IMG/VR virus record: IMGVR_UViG_3300009507_000010
Reading direction: 5' to 3' (one strand)
DNA: 64,000 nucleotides
Source of the DNA: an uncultured virus (IMG/VR IMGVR_UViG_3300009507_000010)
Taxonomy: Duplodnaviria > Heunggongvirae > Uroviricota > Caudoviricetes
Each line of letters starts with the position of its first letter. Position 1 is the first letter of the stretch. This document shows positions 60,299 through 64,000 of this stretch, piece by piece. Under the pieces are notes generated by a model that saw nothing but the letters and a program-made list of their open reading frames with translations, ran no database searches and was not told the origin of the DNA. Position numbers and translations under genes: made by a program.

Positions 60299-60597
60299 AA
60301 GAATATTTTAATTTTAACGGCGTAGCAAAGCGTCAAGAGTTTTGGGCAGTGCATATTGTCTCAATTCTAGTACTGATTGTTGCTATGGCAATGCTAGAAG
60401 GTGCTGGAGCAGTGGGCGCACTTGCTGCATTAATTATCCTTGTTGGTGCATTTTGGGCAGTACTTGCTGTTACTGTAAAACGCATACGTGATGCAGGACT
60501 CAACACTTGGTGGTTACTAGCAGTGCTTGTTCCTTATGTAGGTACAGTGGCTACTATTGTATTTGGTTGCCTTAGCAGCGCAGAGCAAGATGGCTGA
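60295..60597 (+). CDS. DUF805-like membrane protein
   Basis: FNFNGVAKRQEFW...AVTVKRIRDAGLNTWW...VPYVG. Confidence 0.8.
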   Translation: MKEYFNFNGVAKRQEFWAVHIVSILVLIVAMAMLEGAGAVGALAALIILVGAFWAVLAVTVKRIRDAGLNTWWLLAVLVPYVGTVATIVFGCLSSAEQDG

Positions 60598-60847
60598 TCT
60601 TCTTCCAGGAGAGGCATTGATATATGAGCGTAGCGACGGTGTTGTCTACGCTCATTATCGCGACAAGCCTGAGATACCGCGTTGGATCATAGGCGGCGAT
60701 CCTGCAGGAGTAGCAAGGGCACAAGGTGACATGCTCAACTACAGTGACTGGCAAGACTTGTGTAGATTGTCAGAAGAGTATCCTACAATAAAAAAGCTCT
60801 TGGATCAAGTAGTTACAATGTATTACACAGTGAAGGACGACAAATGA
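60590..60847 (+). CDS. Hypothetical protein
   Basis: Likely start MADLLPGEALIYER at 60590, in frame with ORF 60557..60847. Confidence 0.6.
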   Translation: MADLLPGEALIYERSDGVVYAHYRDKPEIPRWIIGGDPAGVARAQGDMLNYSDWQDLCRLSEEYPTIKKLLDQVVTMYYTVKDDK

Positions 60848-61620
60848 GAATCATAGCAGGACCGTGCCAACACGAATCGTTAGCACAGAGTGCAGAGATT
60901 GCTAAAGAATGTAAGCGTGTGTGCGACAAGTATGGCATTGAATATTATTTTAAAGCCAGTTATGACAAAGCCAATCGTACAAGCGCAAACGGTGTGCGTG
61001 GTATGGGTATGGATGCTACACTCACAGACTTTTTAGCACTAAAGGTAACACTAGGTGTAAAGACACTTACTGACGTACACGACTATGTGCAAGTAAATCG
61101 CATTGAAAGAGAATTTAAAGATGCAGTTGATGTTTACCAAATTCCTGCGTTCTTGTGCAGGCAAACAGATTTGATTACAGCGGCGTGTGCTACAGATAAG
61201 ATTGTAAATATCAAAAAAGGACAGTTCCTTGCACCTTGGGACGTCAAAGGTATACTAAGCAAAACAGAAGGTGCTAAAGAAGTATGGATAACAGAAAGGG
61301 GAACTAGTTTTGGATATAATACACTTGTCGTGGATTTCACTGGCTTACAGTATATGCTTGATACTTATGATGCTCCTATCGTGCTGGATGCTACTCACGC
61401 AGTACAGAAACCTGGAGGCAAGGGTGATAGTAGTGGCGGCAATCGTGATTATGTGCCTGGGCTCGCTCGCGCTGGGGCTGCTCTTGGGATCGACTCCTTC
61501 TTTATGGAAGTCCATGCTAACCCTGATCTAGCACCTAGTGACGGACCTAATATGTTGCGACTAGAAGACTTTGAAAAAGTAGTAGAAGACATTGTTGCTA
61601 TTAGGAGAGTTTTAAAATGA
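60844..61620 (+). CDS. kdsA: KDO 8-phosphate synthase (2-dehydro-3-deoxyphosphooctonate aldolase)
   Basis: IIAGPC; KASYDKANRTS; QIPAFLCRQTDL; NIKKGQFLAP; ERGTSFGY; DATHAVQ; SDGPN. Confidence 0.95.
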   Translation: MRIIAGPCQHESLAQSAEIAKECKRVCDKYGIEYYFKASYDKANRTSANGVRGMGMDATLTDFLALKVTLGVKTLTDVHDYVQVNRIEREFKDAVDVYQIPAFLCRQTDLITAACATDKIVNIKKGQFLAPWDVKGILSKTEGAKEVWITERGTSFGYNTLVVDFTGLQYMLDTYDAPIVLDATHAVQKPGGKGDSSGGNRDYVPGLARAGAALGIDSFFMEVHANPDLAPSDGPNMLRLEDFEKVVEDIVAIRRVLK

Positions 61621-62300
61621 ACAAGACAGCAATACTAATTCCTGCTAGGTACGGCAGCACCCGCCTTCCAGGCAAGCCATTGATATCATTAGATAATATT
61701 CCTATGATACGCAGAGTATATGAACGCTGCCGCAAGACAGGACTTGACACCTATGTACTAACTGATGACATGCGCATCTTTGAATTATTTGGCGCACATA
61801 ACTGTTGGATCGAAGAAGTAGATTATGCTAACGGCACAGAACGATGCGCAGGCGCGATACAAAATGATTTCTTTAAAAAATATAATAAGTTTATTAATGT
61901 ACAAGGCGACATGCCCGATGTAACAGCTGAAGTGATTAACAAGTGTCACACACTGTTAGATTATTACAATGTGTCAACAGTATACGCAACTATGCCAAAG
62001 ATGATGCAAGACGATCCTAATACTGTAAAGTGTGTACACGCAAGTGAACATGCACTTTGGTTTGGCAGAGGCATTACAGGATACGGCAGTTGGCACTTAG
62101 GCGTATATGGTTACAGACGCAACGCATTAGAAATGTATCCTACATTGCCGGTACCAGAAGAAGAAAGAATTGAGCAATTAGAACAGCTCAGATGGTTAAA
62201 AAACTCTTGGCAGATCGGGATTAATCCTGTATACTATAAAGGAGTAGAGATAAACACACCCGAGGATGTAGAAACATGGCAGCAGAAAAACTCCCAATAA
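61617..62300 (+). CDS. kdsB: CMP-KDO synthetase (3-deoxy-manno-octulosonate cytidylyltransferase)
   Basis: IPARYGSTRLPGKPL; GTER; NVQGD; HLGVYGY; EQLEQLRWL; INTPED. Confidence 0.93.
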   Translation: MNKTAILIPARYGSTRLPGKPLISLDNIPMIRRVYERCRKTGLDTYVLTDDMRIFELFGAHNCWIEEVDYANGTERCAGAIQNDFFKKYNKFINVQGDMPDVTAEVINKCHTLLDYYNVSTVYATMPKMMQDDPNTVKCVHASEHALWFGRGITGYGSWHLGVYGYRRNALEMYPTLPVPEEERIEQLEQLRWLKNSWQIGINPVYYKGVEINTPEDVETWQQKNSQ

Positions 62301-62728
62301 AAGATGTACTAGCCGCAATCGATATGGGTGCAAAGTCTGTATGGGATGAGCTAGACGTCGATCAGCGCAAGCAGGTTAGCTTCTGGCTACTCAATAGATA
62401 TGTGTCAGGAGTTAGCGGCAGTAGAGAAAAGCAAGAACTTGCCATCTTTAAGACTAACGAGTACTACAATAAAAATTATATGTCAGTTAGTAAAGAACAA
62501 AAACTAATGTGGCAACTGTTGTGCATGAGCGGCAATACTGGTAAGATAGAATACCATCCATGGATTGGTTTGAAAAAGAAAACCGGTAGCAACAACAAAG
62601 CAATAAAGTTACTAGAACAAATTTATCCACACTTAAAGAACGACGAGGTAGAATTACTTGCTAGAATATCTACAAACAAAGAACTCAAACAACTTGCGCA
62701 AGAGCACGACATTGACTTCAAGCCCTAA
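62276..62728 (+). CDS. Probable clamp-loader small subunit (T4 gp62-like)
   Basis: FWLLNRYVS...NEYYN...KLMWQLL...HPWI pattern and size; weak similarity by eye. Confidence 0.45.
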   Translation: MAAEKLPIKDVLAAIDMGAKSVWDELDVDQRKQVSFWLLNRYVSGVSGSREKQELAIFKTNEYYNKNYMSVSKEQKLMWQLLCMSGNTGKIEYHPWIGLKKKTGSNNKAIKLLEQIYPHLKNDEVELLARISTNKELKQLAQEHDIDFKP

Positions 62729-63401
62729 GCCATATGTATGTGAATACTGTGGCGGCAGCTACGTTAAAGAGTCAACTCTTGCAGTGCATCTTTGCGAAAA
62801 GAAACGTAGAGCATTGCAAAAGGATGAAAAGCGTGTACGGCACGGGTTCTATGCATTTCAGCGTTTCTATAAACTAAGTGCAGGAGCAAAGAAAGAAAAA
62901 ACATACGAAGAGTTTTGCAAGTCACCATACTATAATGCATTTGTTAAGTTTGGCAGTTTCATTAGTAATGTTAAGCCGTTATATCCAGAAAAGTATATTG
63001 ATTACGTTATTAAGAGCGGAGTCAAATTAGATCACTGGTGCCGCGATGAGCTTTATGAAAAGTATGCGTTAGAATTGATTCTTAAAGAAGATGCAACGAC
63101 TGCACTAGAACGTAGTATTGTTACTATGGTAGAATGGGCAAAAGAAAACGATAGTGTATACAATCATTACTTTAATTATGTTAGTCATAATAGAGCAGTC
63201 CAACATATACGCGACGGAAAAATTAGTCCGTGGATTGTTCTTAATTGTGCTAGCGGCAAAGCAATGTTAGCACAATTCAACGACGAACAATTGAAATTAG
63301 TCTATCAAGTTATTAATCCTCAACACTGGGCTATGCGATTTAAAAGATTGCCTCTAGACGTACAACTTGTAAAAGACGTTGCTAAGGAAGCGGGACTCTA
63401 A
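62658..63401 (+). CDS. Hypothetical protein with N-terminal zinc-finger-like motif
   Basis: YVCEYCGGSYVKESTLAVHLCE; true start uncertain. Confidence 0.7.
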   Translation: MLEYLQTKNSNNLRKSTTLTSSPKPYVCEYCGGSYVKESTLAVHLCEKKRRALQKDEKRVRHGFYAFQRFYKLSAGAKKEKTYEEFCKSPYYNAFVKFGSFISNVKPLYPEKYIDYVIKSGVKLDHWCRDELYEKYALELILKEDATTALERSIVTMVEWAKENDSVYNHYFNYVSHNRAVQHIRDGKISPWIVLNCASGKAMLAQFNDEQLKLVYQVINPQHWAMRFKRLPLDVQLVKDVAKEAGL

Positions 63402-63628
63402 TGAAACCTAATACTAACTTTGATTTTAATGTAGAAGAACTTGCTCTAGTAGAAGAGTCTATGCAATATCGTATGCGTAGATTATTAGCACGTCGAGAAA
63501 CTGTTGTAAAAGAAAACAGCAAAATTAAGATTGACAAAGAAGTAAAACAAATATATACTTTACTAGGTAAGATACACAATCAAAAGGTTTGGTTTACTAC
63601 TACAGACAAATTCCAAGGCGGAGGTTAA
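63401..63628 (+). CDS. Hypothetical protein
   Basis: 75-aa ORF, TAATG-coupled. Confidence 0.6.
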   Translation: MKPNTNFDFNVEELALVEESMQYRMRRLLARRETVVKENSKIKIDKEVKQIYTLLGKIHNQKVWFTTTDKFQGGG

Positions 63629-63629
63629 T

Positions 63630-64000
63630 ATGCCTGATATTGATATTGACTTTGCAGACAGAGACATTGTTTTAAACAAGATCAAGCATCGAGTTGCAAA
63701 GCTAGATACTGGCAAAAAACATAACACTGGTGTTTATGTAACAGAGATTCCGCACAATCCGTTTAATGAAATATCTACTATTGACTACAAGGCCGCAGAC
63801 GAACGTGGTTACTTTAAACTAGACTTCCTTAACGTGAGCATATACAAAGACGTTAGGGATGAAGCACACTTAACACAACTAATGGAAAGGGAACCAATAT
63901 GGCAACTACTGGAACACACAGACTTCAGCGACAAAGTCTTTCATCTCAACGGGCACGGCGTACTGTTGCAGCAATTGAAGCCTACTTCGGTGGAACAATT
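63630..64000 (+). CDS. DNA polymerase III alpha (DnaE)-like catalytic fragment, 3'-truncated by the window
   Basis: Not in the ORF track; translates MPDIDIDFADRD...KHNTGVY...GYFKLDFLNV...; RBS GGAGG before ATG 63630. Confidence 0.75.
   Translation, partial: MPDIDIDFADRDIVLNKIKHRVAKLDTGKKHNTGVYVTEIPHNPFNEISTIDYKAADERGYFKLDFLNVSIYKDVRDEAHLTQLMEREPIWQLLEHTDFSDKVFHLNGHGVLLQQLKPTSVEQ

Noticed and set aside
1..64000. tRNA genes, rRNA or alternative genetic code
   Set aside because: Intergenic gaps are short with no cloverleaf recognised, and genes translate full-length in the standard code.

Overview
AT-rich segment of a large T4-related (myovirus-like) dsDNA phage genome; its Kdo genes suggest a Gram-negative host. 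It carries morphogenesis genes (a 5'-truncated giant tail fibre/spike of >3600 aa, a second baseplate/fibre protein, neck gp13/gp14, gp15, sheath gp18, tube gp19, gp4, terminase), replication/recombination genes (gp32, UvsX, UvsY, UvsW, probable gp62, a truncated DnaE-like ORF) and a glycan-modification island (KdsA, KdsB, three KpsS/KpsC-like proteins, other glycosyltransferases and methyltransferases). The most striking element is a ~14 kb convergent cluster (10884-24857) between the tail-fibre gene and the gp14/gp15 operon. It holds two paralogous ~125-aa proteins ending in CHxSCHYSCHGSRGRR, nine radical SAM enzymes (five tandem paralogs with a non-canonical CxxxCxGCF/GPTD signature), a JmjC-like cupin, a 2OG-Fe(II) oxygenase and three unknown proteins. 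It looks like a phage-encoded RiPP-like post-translational modification system, possibly acting on virion proteins. The giant tail protein also has six ~160-aa repeats resembling the phycobiliprotein bilin-attachment helix. No tRNA, rRNA or CRISPR array was recognised. All product calls come from motif recognition by eye, not database searches.
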